This document shows positions 40,142 through 51,425 of a stretch of DNA of 64,000 nt, piece by piece (within the stretch, counting starts at the first letter, position 1; every line of letters begins with the position of its first letter). Position numbers and translations under genes: made by a program. Location of the stretch: the NCBI RefSeq assembly GCF_041886205.1, contig NZ_CP169029.1; one strand, 5' to 3'. The stretch comes from Escherichia coli (GTDB lineage Bacteria; Pseudomonadota; Gammaproteobacteria; Enterobacterales; Enterobacteriaceae). The notes below the pieces were generated by a model. That model did not search any database and was not told the origin of the DNA. It worked only from the letters and a program-made list of their open reading frames with translations.

Positions 40142-42991
40142 TTGAAATACCTTGCTTCTTTTCGTACAACCCTGAAAGCCTCGCGCTACATGTTCAGAGC
40201 ATTGGCGTTAGTGCTCTGGCTGTTGATTGCCTTTTCATCCGTTTTTTACATCGTTAATGCGTTACATCAGCGAGAATCGGAAATTCGTCAGGAATTTAAT
40301 CTGAGTTCCGATCAGGCTCAGCGCTTTATTCAACGCACCTCTGATGTGATGAAAGAGCTGAAGTACATCGCCGAAAATCGCTTATCGGCAGAAAACGGTG
40401 TGCTTTCCCCGCGTGGACGAGAAACGCAGGCGGATGTGCCTGCGTTTGAACCGCTGTTTGCCGACTCCGATTGTTCCGCAATGAGTAACACCTGGCGAGG
40501 TTCTCTGGAGTCATTGGCGTGGTTTATGCGCTACTGGCGCGATAATTTTTCTGCGGCTTACGATCTAAACCGGGTATTTTTAATCGGCAGCGATAACCTC
40601 TGCATGGCCAATTTCGGTCTGCGTGATATGCCAGTGGAACGCGATACCGCGTTGAAAGCGTTGCATGAACGCATCAATAAATATCGAAATGCACCACAAG
40701 ATGATAGCGGCAGTAACCTCTACTGGATCAGCGAAGGTCCGCGCCCTGGCGTCGGGTATTTTTACGCGTTGACGCCAGTTTATCTGGCGAACCGGTTGCA
40801 GGCGCTTTTGGGTGTCGAGCAGACCATCCGGATGGAGAACTTTTTCTTACCGGGTACGTTGCCGATGGGGGTTACCATTCTTGATGAAAATGGTCATACC
40901 CTGATTTCGCTTACCGGACCAGAAAGTAAAATTAAGGGCGATCCTCGCTGGATGCAGGAACGCTCCTGGTTTGGCTATACGGAAGGGTTCCGGGAGCTGG
41001 TGCTGAAGAAAAATCTGCCACCCTCATCGCTAAGCATCGTGTATTCGGTGCCGGTTGATAAGGTGCTGGAACGCATTCGCATGTTGATCCTTAACGCAAT
41101 TTTGCTGAATGTGCTTGCCGGAGCTGCATTGTTTACTCTCGCACGGATGTACGAGCGACGTATTTTCATTCCGGCGGAAAGCGACGCCCTGCGACTGGAA
41201 GAACATGAGCAGTTCAATCGCAAGATTGTCGCCTCCGCGCCAGTGGGTATCTGCATTTTGCGTACCGCTGATGGCGTCAATATTTTAAGTAACGAACTGG
41301 CGCATACCTATCTCAATATGCTTACGCATGAGGACCGCCAACGACTGACGCAAATTATCTGTGGGCAGCAGGTCAATTTTGTTGATGTCCTGACCAGCAA
41401 CAATACCAATCTGCAAATCAGCTTCGTCCATTCGCGCTATCGTAATGAAAACGTGGCCATTTGTGTGCTGGTGGATGTTTCTTCGCGCGTGAAGATGGAA
41501 GAGTCGTTGCAGGAGATGGCACAAGCAGCGGAACAGGCGAGCCAGTCAAAATCGATGTTCCTTGCCACCGTCAGTCATGAGCTGCGAACGCCGCTGTATG
41601 GCATTATCGGTAACCTGGATCTGTTGCAAACCAAAGAGTTACCGAAAGGCGTCGATCGTCTGGTGACGGCAATGAACAACTCTTCCAGCCTGTTGTTGAA
41701 AATTATCAGCGATATTCTCGATTTCTCGAAGATTGAATCGGAACAGTTGAAGATCGAACCGCGTGAGTTTTCACCGCGTGAAGTGATGAACCACATCACC
41801 GCCAACTATTTACCGCTGGTGGTACGCAAGCAGTTAGGCTTGTACTGCTTTATTGAACCGGATGTGCCAGTGGCCTTAAATGGCGACCCGATGCGTTTAC
41901 AGCAGGTCATCTCCAACCTGTTGAGTAACGCCATAAAATTCACCGATACCGGCTGTATAGTTTTGCATGTCCGCGCTGATGGCGATTATCTCTCTATCCG
42001 TGTTCGCGATACCGGCGTGGGGATTCCGGCGAAAGAAGTGGTGCGCTTGTTTGATCCCTTCTTCCAGGTCGGAACGGGCGTACAGCGAAACTTCCAGGGG
42101 ACCGGTCTGGGTCTGGCGATTTGTGAAAAACTGATCAGCATGATGGACGGCGATATCTCGGTAGATTCAGAACCGGGAATGGGCAGCCAGTTTACCGTGC
42201 GTATTCCGTTGTACGGCGCTCAGTACCCGCAGAAAAAAGGCGTGGAAGGGTTGAGTGGTAAACGCTGCTGGCTGGCGGTCCGCAATGCGTCGCTCTGTCA
42301 GTTCCTGGAAACCAGTTTGCAGCGCAGCGGCATCGTCGTTACAACATACGAAGGGCAGGAACCGACTCCCGAAGATGTGTTAATTACTGACGAGGTAGTG
42401 AGTAAAAAATGGCAGGGTAGAGCGGTAGTGACCTTCTGTCGTCGCCATATTGGTATTCCGCTGGAGAAAGCGCCAGGGGAGTGGGTACACAGTGTGGCTG
42501 CCCCGCATGAGCTACCGGCATTGTTGGCGCGTATTTATTTGATCGAGATGGAGAGCGACGATCCTGCTAACGCTCTGCCGTCGACGGACAAAGCGGTCAG
42601 CGATAATGACGATATGATGATTCTGGTCGTGGATGATCATCCGATTAACCGACGTCTGCTGGCAGATCAGTTGGGATCGTTGGGCTATCAATGTAAAACC
42701 GCGAATGATGGCGTCGATGCGCTTAATGTACTTAGCAAGAATCATATTGATATCGTGCTTAGCGACGTCAACATGCCAAATATGGATGGTTACCGCTTGA
42801 CGCAACGCATTCGTCAGTTGGGACTGACGTTGCCGGTAATCGGAGTAACTGCTAATGCGTTGGCTGAAGAGAAGCAGCGGTGTCTGGAGTCCGGTATGGA
42901 CAGCTGCCTGTCGAAGCCGGTAACGCTGGATGTGATAAAACAGACGCTGACGGTATATGCCGAGAGGGTCAGGAAATCGCGGGAATCGTAG
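40142..42991 (+). CDS. rcsC: Hybrid sensor histidine kinase RcsC
   Basis: 949 aa; MKYLASFRTTLKASRYMFRALALVLWLLIAF...; HisKA (SHELRTP), HATPase and C-terminal receiver (VVDDHPINRR...DVNMPNMDG); first codon reads as TTG. Confidence 0.95.
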   Translation: MKYLASFRTTLKASRYMFRALALVLWLLIAFSSVFYIVNALHQRESEIRQEFNLSSDQAQRFIQRTSDVMKELKYIAENRLSAENGVLSPRGRETQADVPAFEPLFADSDCSAMSNTWRGSLESLAWFMRYWRDNFSAAYDLNRVFLIGSDNLCMANFGLRDMPVERDTALKALHERINKYRNAPQDDSGSNLYWISEGPRPGVGYFYALTPVYLANRLQALLGVEQTIRMENFFLPGTLPMGVTILDENGHTLISLTGPESKIKGDPRWMQERSWFGYTEGFRELVLKKNLPPSSLSIVYSVPVDKVLERIRMLILNAILLNVLAGAALFTLARMYERRIFIPAESDALRLEEHEQFNRKIVASAPVGICILRTADGVNILSNELAHTYLNMLTHEDRQRLTQIICGQQVNFVDVLTSNNTNLQISFVHSRYRNENVAICVLVDVSSRVKMEESLQEMAQAAEQASQSKSMFLATVSHELRTPLYGIIGNLDLLQTKELPKGVDRLVTAMNNSSSLLLKIISDILDFSKIESEQLKIEPREFSPREVMNHITANYLPLVVRKQLGLYCFIEPDVPVALNGDPMRLQQVISNLLSNAIKFTDTGCIVLHVRADGDYLSIRVRDTGVGIPAKEVVRLFDPFFQVGTGVQRNFQGTGLGLAICEKLISMMDGDISVDSEPGMGSQFTVRIPLYGAQYPQKKGVEGLSGKRCWLAVRNASLCQFLETSLQRSGIVVTTYEGQEPTPEDVLITDEVVSKKWQGRAVVTFCRRHIGIPLEKAPGEWVHSVAAPHELPALLARIYLIEMESDDPANALPSTDKAVSDNDDMMILVVDDHPINRRLLADQLGSLGYQCKTANDGVDALNVLSKNHIDIVLSDVNMPNMDGYRLTQRIRQLGLTLPVIGVTANALAEEKQRCLESGMDSCLSKPVTLDVIKQTLTVYAERVRKSRES

Positions 42992-43184
42992 GACGGATAA
43001 GGTGTTTATGTCGCATCTGGCATTCAGTGCAAATGCCAGATGCGACGCTGACGCGTCTTATCTGGCCTACTTTGATGTAATCTGTTGAAATAATGGGAAT
43101 CGTAGGACGCATAAGGCGTTTACGCCGCATCCGGCAATCGGTGCAAATGCCAGATAAGACACTAACGCGTCTTATCTGGCCTAC
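42981..43184. repeat. Two tandem ~90 bp BIME/REP-containing direct repeats between convergent rcsC and rcsB
   Basis: Copy A about 42981-43070 and copy B about 43095-43184 both begin GGGAATCGTAGGACG and end CGCGTCTTATCTGGCCTAC; roughly 85-90% identical by eye; copy A starts inside the last codons and stop of rcsC. Confidence 0.7.
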
Positions 43185-43190
43185 AGGTGA

Positions 43191-43841
43191 TTAGTCTTTA
43201 TCTGCCGGACTTAACGTCACTGAAGAGAGATAATTCAGCAGGGCGATATCGTTCTCGACACCCAGCTTCATCATCGCAGATTTCTTCTGGCTACTGATGG
43301 TTTTAATACTGCGGTTCAGCTTTTTAGCGATCTCGGTCACCAGGAAGCCTTCCGCAAACAGGCGCAGAACTTCACTCTCTTTTGGCGAGAGACGCTTGTC
43401 ACCGTAACCACCAGCACTGATTTTTTCCAACAGGCGAGAAACGCTTTCCGGGGTAAATTTCTTCCCTTTCTGCAGCGCGGCGAGAGCTTTCGGCAGATCG
43501 GTCGGTGCACCTTGTTTCAGCACGATCCCTTCGATATCCAGATCCAATACCGCACTAAGAATCGCCGGGTTGTTGTTCATAGTCAGAACAATGATCGACA
43601 GGCTTGGGAAATGGCGCTTGATGTACTTGATTAAGGTAATGCCATCGCCATACTTATCGCCAGGCATGGAGAGATCGGTAATCAACACATGCGCATCCAG
43701 TTTCGGCAGGTTGTTGATCAGTGCTGTAGAGTCTTCAAATTCGCCGACAACATTCACCCACTCAATTTGCTCAAGTGATTTGCGAATACCGAACAAGACT
43801 ATCGGATGGTCATCGGCAATAATTACGTTCATATTGTTCAT
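43191..43841 (-). CDS. rcsB: Response regulator RcsB (LuxR/FixJ family)
   Basis: ORF 43191..43886 trimmed to M16 (MNNMNVIIADDHPIVLFGIRKSLEQ), 216 aa. Confidence 0.97.
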   Translation of the reverse strand: MNNMNVIIADDHPIVLFGIRKSLEQIEWVNVVGEFEDSTALINNLPKLDAHVLITDLSMPGDKYGDGITLIKYIKRHFPSLSIIVLTMNNNPAILSAVLDLDIEGIVLKQGAPTDLPKALAALQKGKKFTPESVSRLLEKISAGGYGDKRLSPKESEVLRLFAEGFLVTEIAKKLNRSIKTISSQKKSAMMKLGVENDIALLNYLSSVTLSPADKD

Positions 43842-43857
43842 GTAATAGGCTACCTTG

Positions 43858-46530
43858 CTACAGCAAGCTCTTGACATAACTGTCAATGTCGCTGATGTAT
43901 TTTTCTATTCCTGGAACATCCTTCTCACGAATCAGATGTTCCAGCGTTTCACATAACTGCTTGCCGGGTACCAGATTTAGCATGGCAAATACGCCTTTAA
44001 GACGATGAGCCGTTTGGGCTAACGCAGCAAAGTCACTGGTTGCTGCTTCAGTATATAGCCTCTTAACATCATCCGGTACTGTGTCTACAAAGAGCGCATA
44101 ATAGCCGCTGGCATGGAGTTGCGCATTTTCATCTCCGCCCAGAGGCGATTCTGTCACCTCTTCCTGCGCCAGTTGCACTTCAATTAATTGTAAGACCGCT
44201 TCCTGCATAGCGTTGCTCATATTGAAGTTGACGCACAATTGACCAGGTCCAATTTCCCGTACGCCAGACTCATCATCGCTTAAAAGCAAGCCAGAGGCAG
44301 TAAGATTAGACGGATTATCCGTTAAAAAGATATCATAATCTTGACTAATTAATCTTTCATCGGGTGTGATACAGGTTGCACCCCAATTTTCTAACTGGCG
44401 AGTGACAATATTCCGAATTTCTGCCGAAGTAACATCCACCATTACGCAGACATCATCCAGTAAACGCTCTTCTTCCTCTTCAACTTCCGGGTCAGCGGCG
44501 AGCATTTTGATATGCACAGAGTAGCGTGTACCAAGCCCATCCCGCGTTTTGATGTTTAAATGACCGCCCAGTTTACGTGCCAGTTGATCGCTCAGCCAGA
44601 ATGCCAGCGGGTCCGCCTTGCCATAGCGATCGTTTTGGGTCTGGTTGATAAACGGGAAGTGCAAATTATCCATTTCATGAATGCTTACGCCTTCTCCGGT
44701 GTCCAGAATGCGGAACGTCAGGCGGTCTTCGGAGGACTCATCCTGATCAACCTCAAGGGTGATTTTTCCCAATTGCGTTGAGGTCACGGCATATTGCATC
44801 AGTAGCAGCAAAATACGTCGTAAGGCATCGCGATCGCCGCGGCGCATATCGTGTGCTTTCAGATGATTGTTAATCAGCAGTTGCAGACCTTTACGCTTGA
44901 TGGCAGGCAACACTGAAGGCACAACTTCATCAATTAAATCCTGCACGGAGAACAGCACCGTCTCACTTTTCCAGCTATCGTCCGCAAGCATGTTCGCTAA
45001 CTGTATTTCATCGACCAGCCGCACCAGCACATCTGCCTGATTCGCCAGTTGTTTGCTTTCCGGGGCATTGAGTTTAGCCGCGCTCTCCGCCAGGGACTGT
45101 GCGGGTTCTTTCAGCGCATCGCCAATGTTTTTCATAAAGGTCATCCGCCCCTGCTGGTTTTTCTCATACAGACGCTGCGCCTGCTTGAGTTTCTTGTTTA
45201 CCAGCACTTCGCGATCCTGATCGCGAATAATGAAAATTTGTGTGCGCGGCGCGACCTGGCTGCGGAACATGCGGATCTCATACAGCTCGTTATTGATCGT
45301 CGCCTGAATAATCCCCTGATGCTGTTCCGCCATGGTGGTGATGTTTTGCAGATTCAAATGCGGCAGCAAATGATCGGCATTTTTGTTACTTATGACAGTG
45401 CGGTTCGATTCCTGATCGTGAACCAGCAGGCCGAGCGGCAGCAGTGAGACTATCTCTTCATTGATTGCCCGTAAAATGCGCAATTCGTTATTGACCGCCG
45501 TGTTGGGTAGACTTTCTGTACTGCGACTGGAGAAATGGCGGAATGTGGTATAGCCAAATAACGCCAGCGCCAGCAAACCGATGTTCAGCAGCAGTGGCAG
45601 CAGAATGTTTTGCAACGTATCCAGCAATAAGGTGCCATAAGGAACCTGCCAGACCAGGCGCATATCGGTAGAGTTGAGTGCCGAGGAGATTTCAATCTTC
45701 GTACTGTTAAAGTGGATACTGACGCTATCCGTTCCTTCTTTCTCATTATCATTGTCTCCCGTTGCCGTCGCGTCTGGCTCAAGGCGGAAACTGTCCAGCG
45801 GCATACCCGGTGGGATCAAATCATTAATCGGCAGATCAAAAGCCACGACCGTTGCCAGATGTCCTGGCTGGTTAAAGGTAGTACGCAATGTAAAGTAATG
45901 ACCGTTCTGCCAGGCCAGGCGGCGCATGTTAGAAAAGCTTTCGCGTTCATCGAGGGCGTTGGCCTGTTGCAACATCTCTGCACGACGTGAATCAACAATG
46001 TCGCTGACGGTCGATTCTTTAAATCCGGAGGTGAGATCTTTAAGGGGTAGGGTTGAGATCAGCACCAGACTGTTATCCTGACCATTCAGGTAATACATCG
46101 ACCACGGTACATTTTCTGCGCCCCACAATGTATCCAGATAAGTGGACATCCGCTGAGTCATCTCAAGCGTTGAGTTGTCGTGAGAGCCAAAGATTAACGC
46201 TTCCGTTTTGCGGCGTGGTTTCTCCAGATAGTAGACATCCTGTTTCAGGCGCGTCTCTTGTAAACCTTCGCCGGAGGAGGGGGAGGTCGTCGCGGCAATG
46301 TTGTCGTAGATCTGCCAGGTCACGTAACGCCAGTTATCGACGCGCTTTTGGATAGCATGGGTAATGTCGACAATCTGGTAACTTTTATCTTTCAGCCAGG
46401 CGTTAACGGCGCTTTGTACCATTACACCCATCGTCACCAGTAACACAATGATCAACAGTAAAAAGAAGCGGGTAATGCTCCCCGGTAGGAGTGAAAAGCG
46501 GGTCGTGGCCGTTGTCTCTTTCTGACGCAT
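43858..46530 (-). CDS. rcsD: Phosphotransfer intermediate protein RcsD (YojN)
   Basis: 890 aa; N-terminal TM, degenerate kinase-like core, C-terminal HPt (HRLKGVFAMLNL). Confidence 0.95.
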   Translation of the reverse strand: MRQKETTATTRFSLLPGSITRFFLLLIIVLLVTMGVMVQSAVNAWLKDKSYQIVDITHAIQKRVDNWRYVTWQIYDNIAATTSPSSGEGLQETRLKQDVYYLEKPRRKTEALIFGSHDNSTLEMTQRMSTYLDTLWGAENVPWSMYYLNGQDNSLVLISTLPLKDLTSGFKESTVSDIVDSRRAEMLQQANALDERESFSNMRRLAWQNGHYFTLRTTFNQPGHLATVVAFDLPINDLIPPGMPLDSFRLEPDATATGDNDNEKEGTDSVSIHFNSTKIEISSALNSTDMRLVWQVPYGTLLLDTLQNILLPLLLNIGLLALALFGYTTFRHFSSRSTESLPNTAVNNELRILRAINEEIVSLLPLGLLVHDQESNRTVISNKNADHLLPHLNLQNITTMAEQHQGIIQATINNELYEIRMFRSQVAPRTQIFIIRDQDREVLVNKKLKQAQRLYEKNQQGRMTFMKNIGDALKEPAQSLAESAAKLNAPESKQLANQADVLVRLVDEIQLANMLADDSWKSETVLFSVQDLIDEVVPSVLPAIKRKGLQLLINNHLKAHDMRRGDRDALRRILLLLMQYAVTSTQLGKITLEVDQDESSEDRLTFRILDTGEGVSIHEMDNLHFPFINQTQNDRYGKADPLAFWLSDQLARKLGGHLNIKTRDGLGTRYSVHIKMLAADPEVEEEEERLLDDVCVMVDVTSAEIRNIVTRQLENWGATCITPDERLISQDYDIFLTDNPSNLTASGLLLSDDESGVREIGPGQLCVNFNMSNAMQEAVLQLIEVQLAQEEVTESPLGGDENAQLHASGYYALFVDTVPDDVKRLYTEAATSDFAALAQTAHRLKGVFAMLNLVPGKQLCETLEHLIREKDVPGIEKYISDIDSYVKSLL

Positions 46531-46840
46531 TCGTGTTTATGACCTGTTAAAACTTCGCGAAGTGATAGGGCAGTATAAAGGGTACAGTGTGAAATTCCAG
46601 ACTCTTACCTGATTGATGATTCTCTATTCTCCCGTGATATTTATCATCCTGCATTGGGGGAAATAGATGTACAAGCGCCATTTTGCTGTACAAATAACCT
46701 ACAAAAAGCCCAACGAAATTAATTGCAAATAAACGAAGATTGCTGGAAATTATGCTGATGTTAATTATTTGTGAAATAGTTAACAAGAGTTATAGTTTTT
46801 CTGTGGTAGCACAGAATAATGAAAGTGTGTAAAGAAGGGT

Positions 46841-46933
46841 AAAAAAAACCGGATGCGAGGCATCCGGTTGAAATAGGGGTAAACAGACATTCAGAAATGA
46901 ATGACGGTAATAAATAAAGTTAATGATGATAGC
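46841..46933 (-). ncRNA. micF: MicF antisense sRNA (represses ompF translation)
   Basis: Minus-strand sequence GCTATCATCATTAACTTTATTTATTACCGTCATTCATTTCTGAATGTCTGTTTACCCCTATTTCAACCGGATGCCTCGCATCCGG+T8 (93 nt) matches MicF as I recall it, including its terminator hairpin; divergent from ompC. Confidence 0.88.
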
Positions 46934-47088
46934 GGGAGATATTCTAGTTGCGAGTGAAGGTTTTGTTTTGACATTCAGTGCTGTCAAATACTTAAGAATA
47001 AGTTATTGATTTTAACCTTGAATTATTATTGCTTGATGTTAGGTGCTTATTTCGCCATTCCGCAATAATCTTAAAAAGTTCCCTTGCA

Positions 47089-47175
47089 TTTACATTTTGA
47101 AACATCTATAGCGATAAATGAAACATCTTAAAAGTTTTAGTATCATATTCGTGTTGGATTATTCTGCATTTTTGG
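47089..47175 (+). promoter_or_regulatory. ompC upstream OmpR-binding region (C1-C3-like repeats)
   Basis: TTTACATTTTGAAACATCTATAGCGATAAATGAAACATCTTAAAAGTTTTAGTATCATATTCGTG... contains repeated GAAACATCT/TTTACA-type OmpR half-sites, about 100-180 bp upstream of the ompC ATG. Confidence 0.6.
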
Positions 47176-47252
47176 GGAGAATGGACTTGCCGACTGATTA
47201 ATGAGGGTTAATCAGTATGCAGTGGCATAAAAAAGCAAATAAAGGCATATAA

Positions 47253-48395
<1,143 letters not shown>

Positions 48396-48413
48396 TCTCG
48401 ATGGATATCGAAC

Positions 48414-48437
48414 AAAGGGCCTGCGGGCCCTTTTTTC
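48414..48437 (+). terminator. Rho-independent terminator of ompC
   Basis: AAAGGGCC-tgc-GGGCCC followed by TTTTTT, about 20 nt after the ompC stop. Confidence 0.65.
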
Positions 48438-48506
48438 ATTGTTTTCAGCGTACAAACACAGTTTTTTGGTGTACTCTTGCGACCGTTCGCATGAGGATAA
48501 TCACGT

Positions 48507-49562
48507 ATGGAAATAAGCTTTACCCGCGTGGCACTGCTGGCTGCCGCGCTCTTCTTTGTTGGTTGCGATCAAAAACCACAACCCGCCAAAACCCACGCTA
48601 CTGAAGTTACCGTTCTTGAAGGCAAAACCATGGGTACCTTCTGGCGTGCCAGCATCCCGGGCATTGACGCCAAACGCAGTGCCGAACTTAAAGAAAAGAT
48701 TCAGACCCAGCTGGACGCCGACGATCAGCTGCTTTCGACCTATAAAAAAGATTCCGCGCTGATGCGCTTTAACGACTCGCAAAGTTTGTCGCCGTGGCCG
48801 GTAAGTGAAGCGATGGCCGATATCGTCACCACCTCGCTGCGCATTGGCGCGAAGACCGATGGTGCGATGGATATTACCGTCGGGCCGCTGGTGAATCTGT
48901 GGGGCTTTGGCCCGGAACAACAGCCGGTTCAAATTCCGAGCCAGGAACAGATCGATGCGATGAAAGCCAAAACCGGCTTACAGCACCTGACGGTCATTAA
49001 TCAGTCCCACCAGCAATATCTGCAAAAAGACCTGCCGGATTTATATGTCGATCTCTCCACCGTCGGTGAAGGTTATGCGGCGGATCACTTGGCTCGCTTG
49101 ATGGAGCAGGAAGGGATTTCCCGCTATCTGGTATCGGTGGGCGGCGCGCTGGACAGCCGTGGTATGAACGGTGAAGGCCAGCCGTGGCGGGTAGCGATTC
49201 AAAAACCAACCGATAAAGAAAACGCGGTTCAGGCCGTGGTGGATATCAACGGCCATGGGATTAGCACCTCTGGCAGCTACCGTAACTATTACGAACTGGA
49301 CGGCAAACGTCTTTCCCATGTTATCGATCCGCAAACCGGGCGTCCCATCGAACACAATCTGGTATCCGTGACGGTGATTGCCCCGACGGCGCTGGAAGCC
49401 GATGCCTGGGATACTGGCTTGATGGTACTCGGGCCGGAGAAAGCCAAAGAGGTTGTTCGCCGGGAAGGGCTGGCGGTCTACATGATCACCAAAGAAGGTG
49501 ATAGCTTTAAAACCTGGATGTCGCCGCAGTTTAAAAGTTTCCTGGTGAGCGAAAAAAATTAA
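48507..49562 (+). CDS. apbE: FAD:protein FMN transferase ApbE (lipoprotein)
   Basis: 351 aa; lipobox LFFVGC; ApbE-family core. Confidence 0.9.
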   Translation: MEISFTRVALLAAALFFVGCDQKPQPAKTHATEVTVLEGKTMGTFWRASIPGIDAKRSAELKEKIQTQLDADDQLLSTYKKDSALMRFNDSQSLSPWPVSEAMADIVTTSLRIGAKTDGAMDITVGPLVNLWGFGPEQQPVQIPSQEQIDAMKAKTGLQHLTVINQSHQQYLQKDLPDLYVDLSTVGEGYAADHLARLMEQEGISRYLVSVGGALDSRGMNGEGQPWRVAIQKPTDKENAVQAVVDINGHGISTSGSYRNYYELDGKRLSHVIDPQTGRPIEHNLVSVTVIAPTALEADAWDTGLMVLGPEKAKEVVRREGLAVYMITKEGDSFKTWMSPQFKSFLVSEKN

Positions 49563-49635
49563 AGCGCAAGATTGTTGGTTTTTGCGCGATGGTGACCGGG
49601 CAGACTAAAGGCTATCCTTAACCAGGGAGCTGATT

Positions 49636-50700
49636 ATGAAAAACGCCACATGCTTAACTGACGATCAACGCTGGCAATCTGTCTTAGCCCGCGACCCGAA
49701 TGCCGACGGCGAATTCGTTTTCGCCGTGCGCACCACGGGTATCTTTTGCCGTCCGTCCTGCCGCGCCAGACATGCCTTGCGGGAAAATGTCTCCTTCTAC
49801 GCAAATGCCAGCGAGGCACTCGCCGCCGGATTTCGCCCCTGCAAACGCTGCCAACCTGATAAAGCCAATGCCCAGCAACATCGGTTGGATAAAATCACCC
49901 ACGCGTGTCGACTGCTGGAACAGGAAACGCCTGTAACGCTGGAAGCCTTAGCCGACCAGGTGGCGATGAGTCCGTTCCATCTGCATCGGTTGTTTAAAGC
50001 GACTACCGGAATGACGCCTAAAGCCTGGCAACAGGCCTGGCGCGCTCGCCGTTTGCGCGAATCGCTGGCGAAAGGGGAGAGCGTGACGACGTCTATTCTT
50101 AACGCCGGATTCCCCGACAGCAGCAGTTACTACCGCAAAGCTGACGAAACGCTGGGCATGACGGCTAAACAATTCCGTCACGGTGGCGAAAATCTGGCGG
50201 TGCGTTACGCGCTGGCTGATTGTGAGCTGGGTCGTTGCCTGGTGGCAGAAAGCGAGCGGGGGATTTGCGCGATATTGCTGGGCGATGATGACGCGACATT
50301 AATCAGCGAGTTGCAGCAGATGTTTCCCGCTGCCGACAACGCGCCTGCCGATCTGATGTTTCAGCAACATGTGCGTGAAGTGATCGCCAGCCTCAATCAA
50401 CGCGATACGCCGCTGACGTTACCGCTGGACATTCGCGGCACTGCTTTTCAGCAACAAGTCTGGCAGGCACTGCGCACGATACCTTGCGGTGAAACCGTCA
50501 GTTATCAGCAACTGGCTAACGCCATCGGCAAACCGAAAGCGGTACGGGCCGTTGCCAGCGCCTGTGCCGCCAACAAGCTGGCTATCGTAATACCCTGTCA
50601 TCGAGTGGTCCGTGGTGATGGCACACTTTCCGGTTACCGCTGGGGCGTGTCGCGTAAAGCGCAACTGCTGCGCCGCGAAGCTGAGAATGAGGAGAGGTAA
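49636..50700 (+). CDS. ada: Ada bifunctional regulator / O6-methylguanine-DNA methyltransferase
   Basis: 354 aa; N-terminal Zn methyl-acceptor (FCRPSCRARHA...CKRCQP), AraC HTH, C-terminal PCHRVV active site. Confidence 0.96.
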   Translation: MKNATCLTDDQRWQSVLARDPNADGEFVFAVRTTGIFCRPSCRARHALRENVSFYANASEALAAGFRPCKRCQPDKANAQQHRLDKITHACRLLEQETPVTLEALADQVAMSPFHLHRLFKATTGMTPKAWQQAWRARRLRESLAKGESVTTSILNAGFPDSSSYYRKADETLGMTAKQFRHGGENLAVRYALADCELGRCLVAESERGICAILLGDDDATLISELQQMFPAADNAPADLMFQQHVREVIASLNQRDTPLTLPLDIRGTAFQQQVWQALRTIPCGETVSYQQLANAIGKPKAVRAVASACAANKLAIVIPCHRVVRGDGTLSGYRWGVSRKAQLLRREAENEER

Positions 50701-51350
50701 TGTTGGATCTGTTTGCCGATGCTGAACCGTGGCAAGAGCCACTGGCGGCTGGTGCGGTAATTTTACGGCGTTTTGCTTTTAATGCTGCGGAGCAACTGAT
50801 CCGCGATATTAATGACGTTGCCAGCCAGTCGCCGTTTCGCCAGATGGTCACTCCCGGGGGATATACCATGTCGGTGGCGATGACCAACTGTGGGCATCTG
50901 GGCTGGACGACCCATCGGCAAGGTTATCTCTATTCGCCCATTGATCCGCAAACAAATAAACCGTGGCCCGCCATGCCACAAAGCTTTCATGATTTATGTC
51001 AACGTGCGGCTACGGCGGCGGGCTATCCAGATTTCCTGCCAGATGCCTGTCTTATCAACCGCTACGCTCCTGGCGCGAAACTGTCGCTGCATCAGGATAA
51101 AGACGAACCGGATCTGCGCGCGCCGATTGTTTCTGTTTCTCTTGGCTTACCCGCGATTTTTCAATTTGGTGGCCTGAAACGTAATGATCCGCTCAAACGT
51201 TTGTTGTTGGAACATGGCGATGTGGTGGTATGGGGCGGTGAATCGCGGCTGTTTTATCACGGCATTCAACCGCTGAAAGCGGGGTTTCATCCACTCACCG
51301 GCGACTGCCGCTACAACCTGACATTCCGTCAGGCAGGTAAAAAAGAATAA
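50700..51350 (+). CDS. alkB: AlkB Fe(II)/2-oxoglutarate-dependent DNA/RNA demethylase
   Basis: 216 aa; MLDLFADAEPWQEPLAAGAVILRRFA...; HxD...H motif (LHQDKDE ... HGIQP); start overlaps the ada stop (TAATG). Confidence 0.96.
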   Translation: MLDLFADAEPWQEPLAAGAVILRRFAFNAAEQLIRDINDVASQSPFRQMVTPGGYTMSVAMTNCGHLGWTTHRQGYLYSPIDPQTNKPWPAMPQSFHDLCQRAATAAGYPDFLPDACLINRYAPGAKLSLHQDKDEPDLRAPIVSVSLGLPAIFQFGGLKRNDPLKRLLLEHGDVVVWGGESRLFYHGIQPLKAGFHPLTGDCRYNLTFRQAGKKE

Positions 51351-51425
51351 AAATAAGAATTATTATTGCTGTGCGCGCGAAGATGTTTAAACTGCGGGCT
51401 GTAATTCATTGTCCGGGTTTTCTGC

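Noticed and set aside
46547..46987. Two small minus-strand ORFs (79 and 65 aa) in the rcsD-ompC intergenic region
   Set aside because: They overlap the micF sRNA and its promoter; AT-rich, no RBS; the region is explained by micF and OmpR sites.
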